From Octopus vulgaris (Eukaryota): a DNA stretch of 64,000 nt. Positions within the stretch are counted from its first letter, which is position 1. Every line of letters begins with the position of its first letter. Shown one piece after another: positions 13,381 to 24,595 of the stretch. The stretch covers positions 60,512,001 to 60,576,000 of the forward strand of contig OX597816.1 of the NCBI GenBank assembly GCA_951406725.2, in the 5' to 3' direction. The notes beneath the pieces were generated by a model. It saw nothing but the letters and a program-made list of their open reading frames with translations, was not told the DNA's origin and did not search any database. A program made the position numbers and the translations under genes.

Positions 13381-13420
<40 letters not shown>

Positions 13421-13430
13421 CCTCCTTTTA
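12780..13430. repeat. Pyrimidine-rich (CT)n/(CCAT)n/(CTAT)n low-complexity tract
   Basis: Direct reading. Confidence 0.9.
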
Positions 13431-14159
13431 GGTAATATCTCCAACATCATCCACTCCACCGCTCCACAAATCTCCCCACTCCCATCCTCACACATACACA
13501 GTCTTTTACCAAACAATAACCGAAGGCGATAAATCCTTGCCGTGCCTTCTAATTCAGTGACTTAAAAGATATGATTAACACCATTTAAAGTCGTCAAACC
13601 CAGCCTAATTGTGGATGTTTTGCCGAAATCAATGCTTTGACTAATTCTATATTTAAAATACATCGATCGTTTTATATAATATTGCTTTAAACGTCGACCA
13701 TTTATAGTTAGTGAATTTTTAAGTGGTGCCTCTTGGGAACCCCCCATAGCTAAGGGTAAAAACCATTGTAAAAAAAAAAAGATTGATTTCTATTTATTTT
13801 TGTTGTTGATCTAAAGCTTGAAATGTTGTAGGTCATGCTGTAGAAAAGAAGTTGTGCTAAAACCTCTTCGGTATATAAAAAGAAACAAGAAAATAAATAA
13901 AACCAAAAAAGAAATGAAGAAAAAGAAGAAAAAATGGCTAACAATTTCGAGAACAGATATCCCATTAATTTAATAGCTGATATCTTATTTTTCTTTCTCT
14001 TTCTCCTCTTTTCGCTCTCCGTTTTCTTGTTATTTATTTTATTTATTTTTACTATTTATTTTTACTATCGAATGAAATGACATTTTACTTCTGAATATCA
14101 TCTTAATCGTTGTCAAGATGTAGTTTAGCTGTGGGTTACAAATGTGTTCTGTTCTCTTC

Positions 14160-14740
14160 TAACTCCACACTATTCTACTCAACTCTACTCTAAACTAAAC
14201 TGTGCTGAACTATTCTATTCCACCCTTCACAGTTCTACACAACTCTGCCTTCCTACATCACACTGCACTACACTACTCTACTCTGCACTGCTCTATTCTA
14301 CATACATTACACCATAGTACTCCTCGACTACACGACTCTATTCTACATTACACAACTCTACACTACGTTACATAACTCTACATTACACAACACTACGCAA
14401 TATTCTACACAGCTATATACTGCTTAATACTGTACTACACACTATTCTATATAGCTCTACACTTCACAATACTATACTACACATTATTCTACACAACTTT
14501 ACACAACACTGTACTACGCACTATCCTACACAACTCTTTTCTATACAATACTATACTACACACTATTCTACACAACTCTACTCTATAGAACAGTACGCTA
14601 CACTATACACTATTCTAGACAACTCTAAACTATACAACATTATACTACACACTATTCTGCACAGCACTATACTATACTATACTATACTATATCTTGTACT
14701 TCATTGCTCTACACTAAACTATTCTACACTACTCTACACA
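14160..14740. repeat. Degenerate pentamer satellite (CTACA/CTATA/ACTCT)
   Basis: 5-bp periodic variants over ~580 bp, with a recurring CTATACTACACACTATTCTACAC higher-order unit. Confidence 0.8.
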
Positions 14741-14759
14741 ATTCCCGCTCTTCCAACAA

Positions 14760-15345
14760 GAAGGGAAATTATCCTAACTATCCAAACCGTCAAACTGTCA
14801 CTCTTACAACATCATGAAAGTCATAAAAACAGTTCGTAACAATCACTTTCTCCAACCCCTTTCGTTCCGTCCCTTCAACAATCACCACGGTAGCTTTCGT
14901 AGGGCAAAGCATACTCAATATCTACGGTCATATGTTACTTACTATTGATCTCTCTCTCACCCTTGTGAAATTCGGTGGAAATAATGTAACTGTAATAGGC
15001 ATCAAAACAAAGCTCTGTCTATCACGGAAATCTTCTGGCTAAACTGTCCACAAATATATTCTATCCCTACTCTAATTTCTAGGGCTGGAAGCTTCCTGCA
15101 GCGGATAAAATTGATGGGATTTTTCTCACCTGCACTTCATCAACTACGTTATGCCTCAAACCCAGTTATATTACCCGTATCTTTCCTCCTATAGCCGCAA
15201 AAGGATCTACTCGCCATCACATTCATCAGAACCCATTCCTGTACGGACAAAACTTACTCACATCCTTCTCTAAACTACTGTATGCTGACGTCAGCAGCAC
15301 ACAATCAAAACATCTCACATCAAACCTGTGCTAATTCCATGAACA
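14760..15345 (+). mobile_element. Very degraded CR1/L2-type LINE RT fragment
   Basis: Weak colinear remnants (NY..., HG.FR, LLYADV). Confidence 0.4.
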
Positions 15346-15358
15346 ACAACTTTATATA

Positions 15359-16557
15359 TCAGGTCATCCCATAAGGTCTGTCCGATTTTACCTTTTTTAA
15401 AATTGAATATAATTTAATAGCATTTTAGAATGTCTGATGGAATTTTAGAATATTTTTATGCATTTGTGTACATTTAAACTAATTAAATATTATTTTACAG
15501 AAGAATAGAATTAAAATTTCTTTGATTAAAACCCTTTCTAACATGGAAGTAACCAAACAGCATTTGAGGTACATAATGCTTTATGAGTACAAAGAAGGAA
15601 ACTCTGCAGCCAAAGCGACTCGAAACATACTCTCAGTTTATGGGAAAGAATGCTTGAATGAAAGAACTTGTAGAAGATAGTTTGCAAAATTCAAAAGTGA
15701 GGATTTCAGCCTTGAAGATGAAGATCGAACAGAACGTCCAGTCGAGTTTGATGATAAGCTCCTTGAGGCATTACTTGAAGAAAATCCTGCATTGTCAATT
15801 GAAGAATTGGCAATAAAACTTAGTTCAAACCATACAACTGTTCATCGTCAACAACTTGGAAAGGTTTCCTAAACTTGGAAAATGGGTACCTCATGAATTG
15901 TCCGAAAGCAACCGCAAATCCCGAGTTGACATCTGTCGAAATATTAAACGTCGTAAACAGTGGTTTGGTAAAAGGAAAAAAGCTCAACCACAATCGAGAA
16001 GGGAACTTGATGGGAAAAAGGTTCTTCTCTCTATCTGGTGGGATTGCAAAGGAGTAATTGAATTGTTTCCATCTAATGTAACAATCAATGCTCAAGTCTA
16101 CTGTCAGCAATTAGAGCGTTTGAACTAAACTTTGAAGAAAAAAAGACCCACTTTAGTGAATCGAAAAGGAATGATGTTTCATCAGGACAATGCGCGACCC
16201 CACACTGCAAAGATCACATCACAGAAGATCGAAGAGCCTGGTTGAGAAAAAAATTTTCATCCACCTTATTCTCCCGACCTTGCTCCTTCGGACTACCATT
16301 TGTTTCGTAGTTTACAGAATCATTTGGAGGACATAACTTTCGCAAGCCAGGACGAGGTCGAAACTGACATTTCAGAGTTCTTCGCTTTGAAACCAAAAGA
16401 GTTTTACATTGATGGAATTAAAAAGCTTGTAAATAGATGGAAGGAAGTCATAGATAATCAGGGAAAGTACATTGATGATTAAATATCAATTAAATATAAC
16501 ATTTGATCACTTGTTTGCTTTATTCAAAATTCGGACAGAACTTACAGGATAACCTGA
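15359..16557 (+). mobile_element. mariner (DD34D) transposon, both TIRs, defective transposase 15543-16482
   Basis: TIRs TCAGGTCATCCCATAAGGTCTGTCCGA / TCGGACAGAACTTACAGGATAACCTGA, TA flanks. Motifs WVPHEL, FHQDNARPHT, PPYSPDLAPSDYHLF. Stops, frameshifts, and the first-D region is missing. Confidence 0.92.
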
Positions 16558-16642
16558 TACATATTACACACGCACACTCACGCATGCAGACATCCATACA
16601 TAAGAATATGTGTGCATATATATGTAGGCATATGCATTTATA

Positions 16643-16856
16643 CGAGAGGGTACTGAAAAGTTCCTGGCTTTAAGAGTATCTAGAAAGGCCTGGTTCGAAG
16701 TCCAAGCTGCTGAGTTTTTTACAGGGCTTAAAAAAGCAGAAGGACCGCTGCAATAAGTGTGAATGTGAGAGAGGAATATGCTGAACAAAATCATAATTAA
16801 CTGATCCTCCTGTATTTTCTTTCACCCAAAGCCAGGAACTTTCCAGCACCTCCTCG
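16643..16856. mobile_element. mariner-type MITE (~215 bp)
   Basis: TIRs CGAG.GGG..CTGAAAAGTTCCTGGCTTT / AAAGCCAGGAACTTT; second copy at 46682-46899. Confidence 0.85.
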
Positions 16857-16874
16857 TGTGTGTGTGTGTGTGTA

Positions 16875-16910
<36 letters not shown>

Positions 16911-16936
16911 TGTATGTATGTATGTATGTATGTATG

Positions 16937-16976
<40 letters not shown>

Positions 16977-16979
<3 letters not shown>

Positions 16980-17205
16980 CCTCGTGTGTACCGTTGGCGA
17001 TTTTTTTTCCTCTGCCTTCCCTTCTCTGGATCTTTCCTTCTCCTATGTTTCCGACGAAGAGCTCCACTCGAAACGTTTAAAGTGTGCAATAACGAGCGGC
17101 ATTTGTAGGTCACGAGATTTCTTTCCTGAGCGTCCAATAATACTATATTTGTCCCACGTCCTCGCATTGTTGTGTTTTTATGTGCTTTCTTGTTTGGATT
17201 AACTT
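16977..17205 (+). mobile_element. Short HHR-bearing repeat in (TA)n; minimal HHR at 17047-17081
   Basis: TTT-CCGACGA-A-GAG ctcca CTC-GAAA-CG-TT. Homologous to 41740-41925, and its 3' end matches the inverted 45121-45183. Confidence 0.65.
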
Positions 17206-17209
17206 TAGC

Positions 17210-17246
<37 letters not shown>

Positions 17247-18397
17247 GTTTATTTGTATGTATGTATATATATGTAGAGATAGAATAGGTGCGTGTTTTGT
17301 ATGTTTTTATTAATGTATGCGAGTATTTTCAGCTCAGGATATCGCTAAGCTAACCGTTCTTTATTGAAGAGGTAGGCCTATCTCTCTATATTCAGAGAGG
17401 GAAAAGTGTGAGTTATGACATCATGCATCATCCACCAAAGTCATTGTCAAATTTATATATGCAACGTGAACTAACTGGCTGATTCCAATGACTGAAACTA
17501 TTCGTAAATTCCGGTCGCACATTCCCGTAATTCAGCTCTTGTTCTACACATGACACTTGGCAATTAAAAATATCGATTTCTAACATAGGCTCAAGGTCTT
17601 CAACTTGTTATTAGACATCATTTAGCAGATACAGTTTAGAGAAGGCTGAAAGGCAATCGACGGGATGTGAGAAAGTCAAAGCAAACAAATATAAGGAAAG
17701 CATTTGGTCTGCTCCTTCGTTGATGCTGCCAACTCAACGCCCTTCAGCAATTACAAATATCGACCCGACTCAGTCAATGCATTCTTTTACATTTAATTTG
17801 TATTTTTTTAAAATTTGTTTTGTCTTTATTTGCTAAACGAAAAAATCTTCAACAAGAGACGTATGTAAGGAGCAACGTTCAATAAAGCTGTGAGTGTCAT
17901 TTGAAACCGAATGGAAATCTACACCCTGTCATGTGATCAGTAAATTCTCATTGGTAGATAACTATAACTTGCAGATAAATCCATAACCATTTAGCTGAGA
18001 TCGTAGATGCATACATACATACATACATACATACATACATACATACATACATACATACATACATACATACATACATACACAGACTAACATTCATATGCGT
18101 GCATACACACGCGCGCACGCACGTGCACACACACGCACACATGTATGAATATATTGTTTGTTTAAAGTGTGCAATAACGAGCGGCATTTGTAGGTCACGA
18201 GATTTCATAGCCACACAACGAGATGCAATCACTTGTAAGTAAATACACACACGCGCGCGCGCGCGCACACACATATACATATAGGTTTATACATGTTTCT
18301 AGGTTCCATAGAGTGTGTATGTGTGTGAATGTGTGTGTGCGTGCGTGCATAAACCAGTGCATACGCTAGATATACATCCATACATATATATATAAAA

Positions 18398-18463
<66 letters not shown>

Positions 18464-18500
18464 TACATATACATATATACATATATATATACATATATAC

Positions 18501-18531
<31 letters not shown>

Positions 18532-18580
18532 CATATATATGTATATACATATATACATATATACATATATACATATATAC

Positions 18581-18611
<31 letters not shown>

Positions 18612-18666
18612 CATATATATATACATATATACATATATATATATACATATATATATACATATATAC

Positions 18667-18745
<79 letters not shown>

Positions 18746-18759
18746 TATATGTAAAATAA

Positions 18760-18952
18760 TATGTGACAATTATTCAATAGCCAAGATAAAACTCTGAGTT
18801 TTGGATGCCGAGGTGGAAATCCAAAACACCATCTCTTCGGTTATCTGGCCCTATTTATATATATATTTATATATATATTAATCCTATTTCCTCTATTTAC
18901 ATAATATTGAGGTCTCTTTCCTTCTTTTGTTATCTTACCGTTTTTACCAGTA
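18760..18952 (-). mobile_element. Short repeat in (TA)n with a degenerate type I HHR at 18784-18846
   Basis: Minus strand: AGATAA-CCGAAGA-GATG...CATC-CAAAA-CTCAGAG-TT-TTATCT. Stems I, II and III pair, but the core is mutated. Confidence 0.55.
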
Positions 18953-18969
18953 TATACATATATACATAG

Positions 18970-19040
<71 letters not shown>

Positions 19041-19045
19041 CATAC

Positions 19046-19076
<31 letters not shown>

Positions 19077-19109
19077 CATATATAAATACACAGATACACA
19101 TATACATAT

Positions 19110-19391
19110 GTGGAGGCGCAATGGCCCAGTGGTTAGGGCAGCGGACTCACGGTCGTAGGATCGCGGTTTCGATTCCCAGACCGGGCGTTGTGAGTGTTTA
19201 TTGAGCGAAAACACCTAAAGCTCCACGAGGCTCCGGCAGGGGGTGGCGATCCCTGCTGTACTCTTTCGCCACAACTTTCTCTCACTCTTTCTTCTGTTGG
19301 CCTGCTCGCTTAACCAGCGCGGTGGCGTCATTTGAAGGCTAAAAAACAATGCGATGTGTAACAGCATCTGATAGCCTGGTCGGTCACGGTG

Positions 19392-19393
<2 letters not shown>
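19110..19393 (+). mobile_element. tRNA-derived SINE family C, in (TA)n
   Basis: A-box TGGCCCAGTGG and B-box GTTTCGATTCC; copies at 31113 and 63266. Confidence 0.9.
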
Positions 19394-19427
<34 letters not shown>

Positions 19428-19810
19428 CTCTTATATAATATATATTTTTCTACATCCTGCTTGCCCTGCGAAACATTCCCTTCATCCGCTGTCGACAATT
19501 TCGATTCTTCCTGACAATATCGTTCAAATTAACGGCGCTTTAAGTAGCATTGATGCTATATGGGAATGTTTGGTTCCTTCTGAACCATATTGTGGTCTAC
19601 CTTTATTTTCGTTTTTTACCATATATGCAACGATCACACCAAACCGGAGCAAATACAATTCCTTAACCACGTACTAACTACTGCATTTAACCATTTACTA
19701 AGAATAATTTGTGCTTTACTCTTAGTTTACTTTATTTCACATGTCTCTGCCATATCCATGATGGAAACCGTTCTCTCTTTCTCTCCACAGGTCACTGATT
19801 ATGTTTCATA

Positions 19811-22800
19811 AGTCAATTGCCAGCCAGGAAACCGTGGTGTCGTGTCTTGCAAACTACTTGCACATGCAAGTGCTACCAGTTAAAAGCTCCGTATACCGGA
19901 AGCTAGAAAGTGTATGGGGTCATTAGGAGAGAATGCGCGCCGTTTCGGGGCCTACCTCTCGACGGCATCAATGCGCACCGGCCTCCCTCACTGATATGAG
20001 GCCCCGCTTGCTAGATCAGCTGGTTATGAAGAACTCAATATACTTCTAGCCATCGCTCATCGTCTCTTTTTAACCAAATCCAGTGGCTAGCCTTCTCCAC
20101 TGTAGATTGGATATCAGTCATGGTGGTATTGACTTTACGATGAGTTAGACCTAGCGATAACAACAGTCGTCTCACGCTGTGTCCAACAAACCCTCTACAT
20201 CCGACTTCGATAGGAAAATGTTCCGCTTTCCAGCCTGCGTCTTCACATTCCTCGAGAAGGTTTTCATAACGGTTCAATTTTCGAGCCCGAGCGGCGTCCA
20301 TATTATCTTCATGAGGAACCGTTAGCTCGACTATATTTACAACTTTCTTTCTTTCACACCACATCAAAATATCTGGTTTTTTCAAAACTGGGATGGGAAA
20401 GAAAACCTGGCACCCAGGTAAATCTGCAGTTACCTCCCAATAGCCGTTCCACTTTTCATTTTTCTCAGGAAGTTTCTTGATCTTCTTCTTGAAACGGATC
20501 CGCTGACCTGGTCGCACGAAGGTAATGAAATCCCTTGATGGTACTTTTAACGGTTTTTCCTCAGTGTTGTTGAGATGAATTTGGTTCTTTATAGCATTGA
20601 AGATAACCTTAAGGACCAAGTTGTGCCTCCATGTGTACCTGTTGAATGCTAATGAACAGTTGGAAAGAATATGTTTTAGTGTACCGACCTTTCCACATTT
20701 GCAGATGTCATTCTCTAAGACGTTCCATCTTACTAGATTCGTAGGTGATGGCAAAACATCATAAGATGAACGAATCAGGAAACTCGGTCGAGATGTCGTC
20801 CACTTCCACATCTCATCCCAACTTATCTTCCTCTCAACAACATGGTCTTCCCATCTCGTCATCTGACCTTGATAAACACATCGGATCAAATGAAGCTCTC
20901 TTCTCTCTGCTTCTCTTGTTTTGACGCTGTTGCTAACAACAGATCTGCGTTCACTCGGCATCATGCTTGCAAACGGTCTGAACTGATCTGCGCCAAAACC
21001 ATGTCCTTTCCGATGGTTCTGTGTTGCTCCCACCATATCTCTGTGTATAAGAGAAGACAAGATGTCGTCAGTTTCTGCTTCTGCTTTCCACTTCCTGGCT
21101 GTTTTCACCTTTGGTGGGTTACGCCTGATTTCCATATCCTTCGATTCTCTCAGCATCATGACCGTCAGTATCTTCCCTAACTTATATATTTCGACTATTG
21201 ATGCTATTGGTAGCTGCAACGAACCTCTTTTACGATAAAGAGCTGAGCTGTTCAACATACGAGGTAGGCCTAGCCACTTTCTAATGAACACATTACATAT
21301 TTGTTCAATCCTTTCAACTCGTGACAATGCTACTTCGTATATTAAAAGTGGCCACGCAAGTCGCGGGTACAAGCCGAACTGCAAGCACCAAATTTTATAT
21401 TTACCTGGTAACTTCGAATTATCAATCGCTGATAACCGAGCCTCGGCTTGTTTCATAATTTCAATCCCACGACTTCTGTCTGACAATGTTCCAGCGTATA
21501 CTCGTCCCAAGCTCTTGACGGGCTCTTCCTTGACTGTTGGAATGCTTTCTTCAGATATTCGAAATTTAAATTCTTTCTGCACTCCCTTAACAAATGTCAG
21601 ACTACGCGACTTTTTTGCTCTAAATCGCATCCTTGATCACTTTACAAGTTCGTCTAATCTCAAGAGGGCATTCTGCATGATTTGTTTATCTGTAGCTAGA
21701 AGTGTCACGTCATCCATGAAGGCTTTCTTAGGCGATTGTACATGGGCGATTTGTTCCGAAAAATCTACACCTTTCAAAATCAACTCCATGACTAAGATAA
21801 ACCACGTGACAGATATTGTACAGCCAGCAGCAATGCCAACCTCCAATCGGTGCCAATTTGTTGTAAAATTTCCAGTTGTAAACCTCATTTCGAAACTGTC
21901 ATAGTACATCCTCATTATTTTTATCACTTTGTCAGGAATGTGGAAGTGGTCCATGGCTGTTATTAGTAATTTGTGTGGCACTGAACCATACGCGTTAGCT
22001 AGGTCGAGCCATACCACGTTCAGACCTTTCTTGTTCTGTTTGGCATCCTGGATCGCTTTCCAAATCTAAAAACAGTGTTCAACGCATCCAGGGATCCCGG
22101 GGATTCCGGCCTTTTGAACAGATTCATCAACATATCCGTTACTCTGTAAATATGCTACTGTTCTCCTCGACAGAATTCCCATAAATATCTTGCCTTCCAC
22201 ATTCAATAAGGATATCGGCCTAAACTGTTTTATGGTCTTTGCATTGGCCTCTTTTGGCAGGTATATACCTTCTGCCTTACACCAATCCTCTACTATAGTC
22301 TCCTCGCGCCACAGTTGTCGGAGTAGGACGAAGAGCTTCTTTCGCAGACGATTGCAGTACTTGTAGACTTTATATGAGACGCCATCACCTCCTGGGGCAC
22401 TCTTTGCTCTAGCTTTTCTTACGAAGTCATTCACTTCTCTCTCCCTGATGTCCCCAATCTGGAATTCGATATCAGGTCCTGAGAGATGATTTAGCCCATG
22501 TAGAGGTGGCAGCGGCTGGTTACGGTGCGGATCGCTGTAGGTTTCCTTGATATGAGCATCCAATTCTTCTTTAGTGCACGATAAAGTACCACTCTTCGGT
22601 TCAGTGAACAGCTTCTTAGTAAACCCGTGCGGGTCCTTCAGAAACTGCCCCCGAGTCCTTTTACTTTCTTTTCGACGCTCATATCGGCGGATATGTCGTT
22701 GCACATAACGACATTTCCTCTTCAAATCGTTATACATCAGCGCAAGGCCAGGTTTCTCATCTAGTGCAGCACATCTCCGTCGCTTTCTTAAGTCGGACTT

Positions 22801-23545
22801 TTCCTTCCTCATCTGCTGCATTTTTCTGATCCTCCTGCTTGGTCCACACTTTCCTTTCTCTAGTCGGATATTCTCTTTTATTCCAAATAAATCTTTTCCT
22901 ATATCGTATATTGAGCTTGATAATTTACCCAGTTTCTCCACTGTAGAGCCTGTCATTTTATAAAGAGCCCGACAAACCTTGTTTTCAAACTCTTTATATT
23001 TCACTTTCTCATTAGCAGCAGGCCACAAAACCCTCGGTTTCCTCTGAGTATTATCCGATGCACCAGTTTCATGACTTGTAGTTTCATCACATGAAGAGGC
23101 CTCTGCAGTAGCATTTATCGCTCCGCTGTGGTTTGAGTCCGGGGATGATTTGCCACGTGTTTTACGATCTGACGATCCACACTGCTCTGTCCTCTTCTCA
23201 CAAGTCTTTCCCTGATGTATCTTCAAGCCTCTCACAGTTGCGAAGGTTCTATAGCACAACTTGCATCCAAAGTTATTTGCATTTCGTTCGCTGTTCGAAT
23301 GAATAATCATATTCGTTGCCAAGGTCATTCCCGTGCTGACTGGGTTTGATTGATTCTCGACTCCCCCCTCTCGGTCAATCGTGGAGCTGTCATTTCCTGT
23401 TATATCCGTTACAATATATTACAGAGGCGAGAATCGTAAGTCCGCAGCCTCCGCCAGTCTTTCCTGGTGTCGATAGTCTTTCCTATTGTCCGCTCGTCTT
23501 TCCGAGCAGTCCTCTTGTCTTTCCAAGATGCCTAACCTTGATGAT
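19811..23545 (-). mobile_element. Near-full-length RLE non-LTR retrotransposon, Hero-type
   Basis: Single ZnF-RT-CCHC-REL frame with both UTRs. Boundaries approximate; no TSD found. Confidence 0.88.
20035..23328 (-). pseudogene. Hero-type ORF (~1098 codons): zinc finger, RT, CCHC knuckle, restriction-like endonuclease; two in-frame stops
   Basis: The three ORF-track pieces share one frame. CKLC..F..RGLKIHQGKTC; FRPISLLNVEGKIF; WLDLANAYGSVPH; GIAAGCTIS; AFMDD; CKC...HILSNC; RHN; KPD..ELTVP; PIEVGCRG. Stops TAG 22066-68 and TGA 21637-39. Confidence 0.92.
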
Positions 23546-23619
23546 CTTATCTTCCTTCTTTTTGAAGTATTATACACAGATATCCTCAATCCATACACGT
23601 TTCTAATATTTTAGTCTCT

Positions 23620-24595
23620 TAAGGCAGCGAGCTGGCAGAAACGTTAGCACGCCGGGCGAAATGCTTAGCGGTCTGTCTTTACGTTTTGAGTTTAAATTCC
23701 GCCGAAGTCGACTTTGCCTGTCATCTTTCGAGTCGATAAATTAAGTACTAGTTGCATACTGGAGCCGATCTAATCGACTGGCCCCCTCCCCCAAACATTT
23801 CGGGCCTTGTGCCTAGAGTAGAAAGCAATATTTTAGTCTCTTCTAAGCGGTAAACTGGCAAAATTGTTAGTACGCTGGTCAAAATACTTGGGGGCATTTT
23901 ACCCGTTTTTATGTTCTGGGTTCAAATTCTGTCGAGGTTCATTTTGCCTTTCATCTCTTTCCGGATCGATAAAGTAAGTACCAGTTGAGAACTGGGGTCA
24001 ATGTAATCAGTTAATCCCCTTCCCCGAACTTGCTGGTCGTGGGCCAAAATTTGAGACCAACATTTTAGTCAATTCTAAGGCAGCGAGCTGGCAGAGACGT
24101 TAGCACGCCGGGTGAAGTGCTTCGCGGTATTTAGCCCGTCGCTACGTTCTGAGTTCAAATTCCGCCGAGGTCGACTTTGCCTTTCATTCTTTCGGGATCG
24201 ATAAATTAAGTACCAGTTACGCACTGGGGTCGATATAATCGACTTAATCCCTTTGTCTGTCCTTGTTTGTCCCTTCTGTGTTTAGCCCCTTGTGGGTAGT
24301 AAAGAAATAGGTATTTCGTCTGCCATTACGTTCTGAGTTCAAATTCCGCCGAAGTCGACTTTGCCTTTCATCCTTTCGGGGTCGATAAATTAAGTACCAG
24401 TTACGCACTGGGGTCGATGTAATCGACTTAATCCGTTCGTCTGTCCTTGTTTGTCACCTCTATGTTTAGCACCTTGTGGGTAATAAAGAAATAAGAATCA
24501 TTACCGTGCTGGAAAAAACGCTCAGCGGTATTTCTTCTGATTTACATTCTGAGTGCAAATGCCACCGAGGTCGACTTCGCATTTCATCCTTTTAG
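23620..24595 (+). mobile_element. Cluster of four SINE family B copies, one dimeric
   Basis: Heads at ~23621, 23845, 24077 and 24505, with the same central motif as 6429. Confidence 0.85.

Noticed and set aside
12616-13431. 271-aa ORF, and the many IY/YVCM/HT-repeat ORFs elsewhere
   Set aside because: Stop-free frames produced by simple repeats.
19110-19190. tRNA gene
   Set aside because: It is the tRNA-derived head of a multi-copy SINE; no intact cloverleaf or T-run terminator.
21284-21904. 206-aa ORF antisense to the Hero RT
   Set aside because: Likely a shadow frame of the RT; no recognisable motifs.
21637-22068. Programmed readthrough or selenocysteine at the Hero in-frame stops
   Set aside because: The TGA falls where a Trp is expected (K*SRMRF, single G-to-A change) and the other stop is TAG; simple decay is sufficient.
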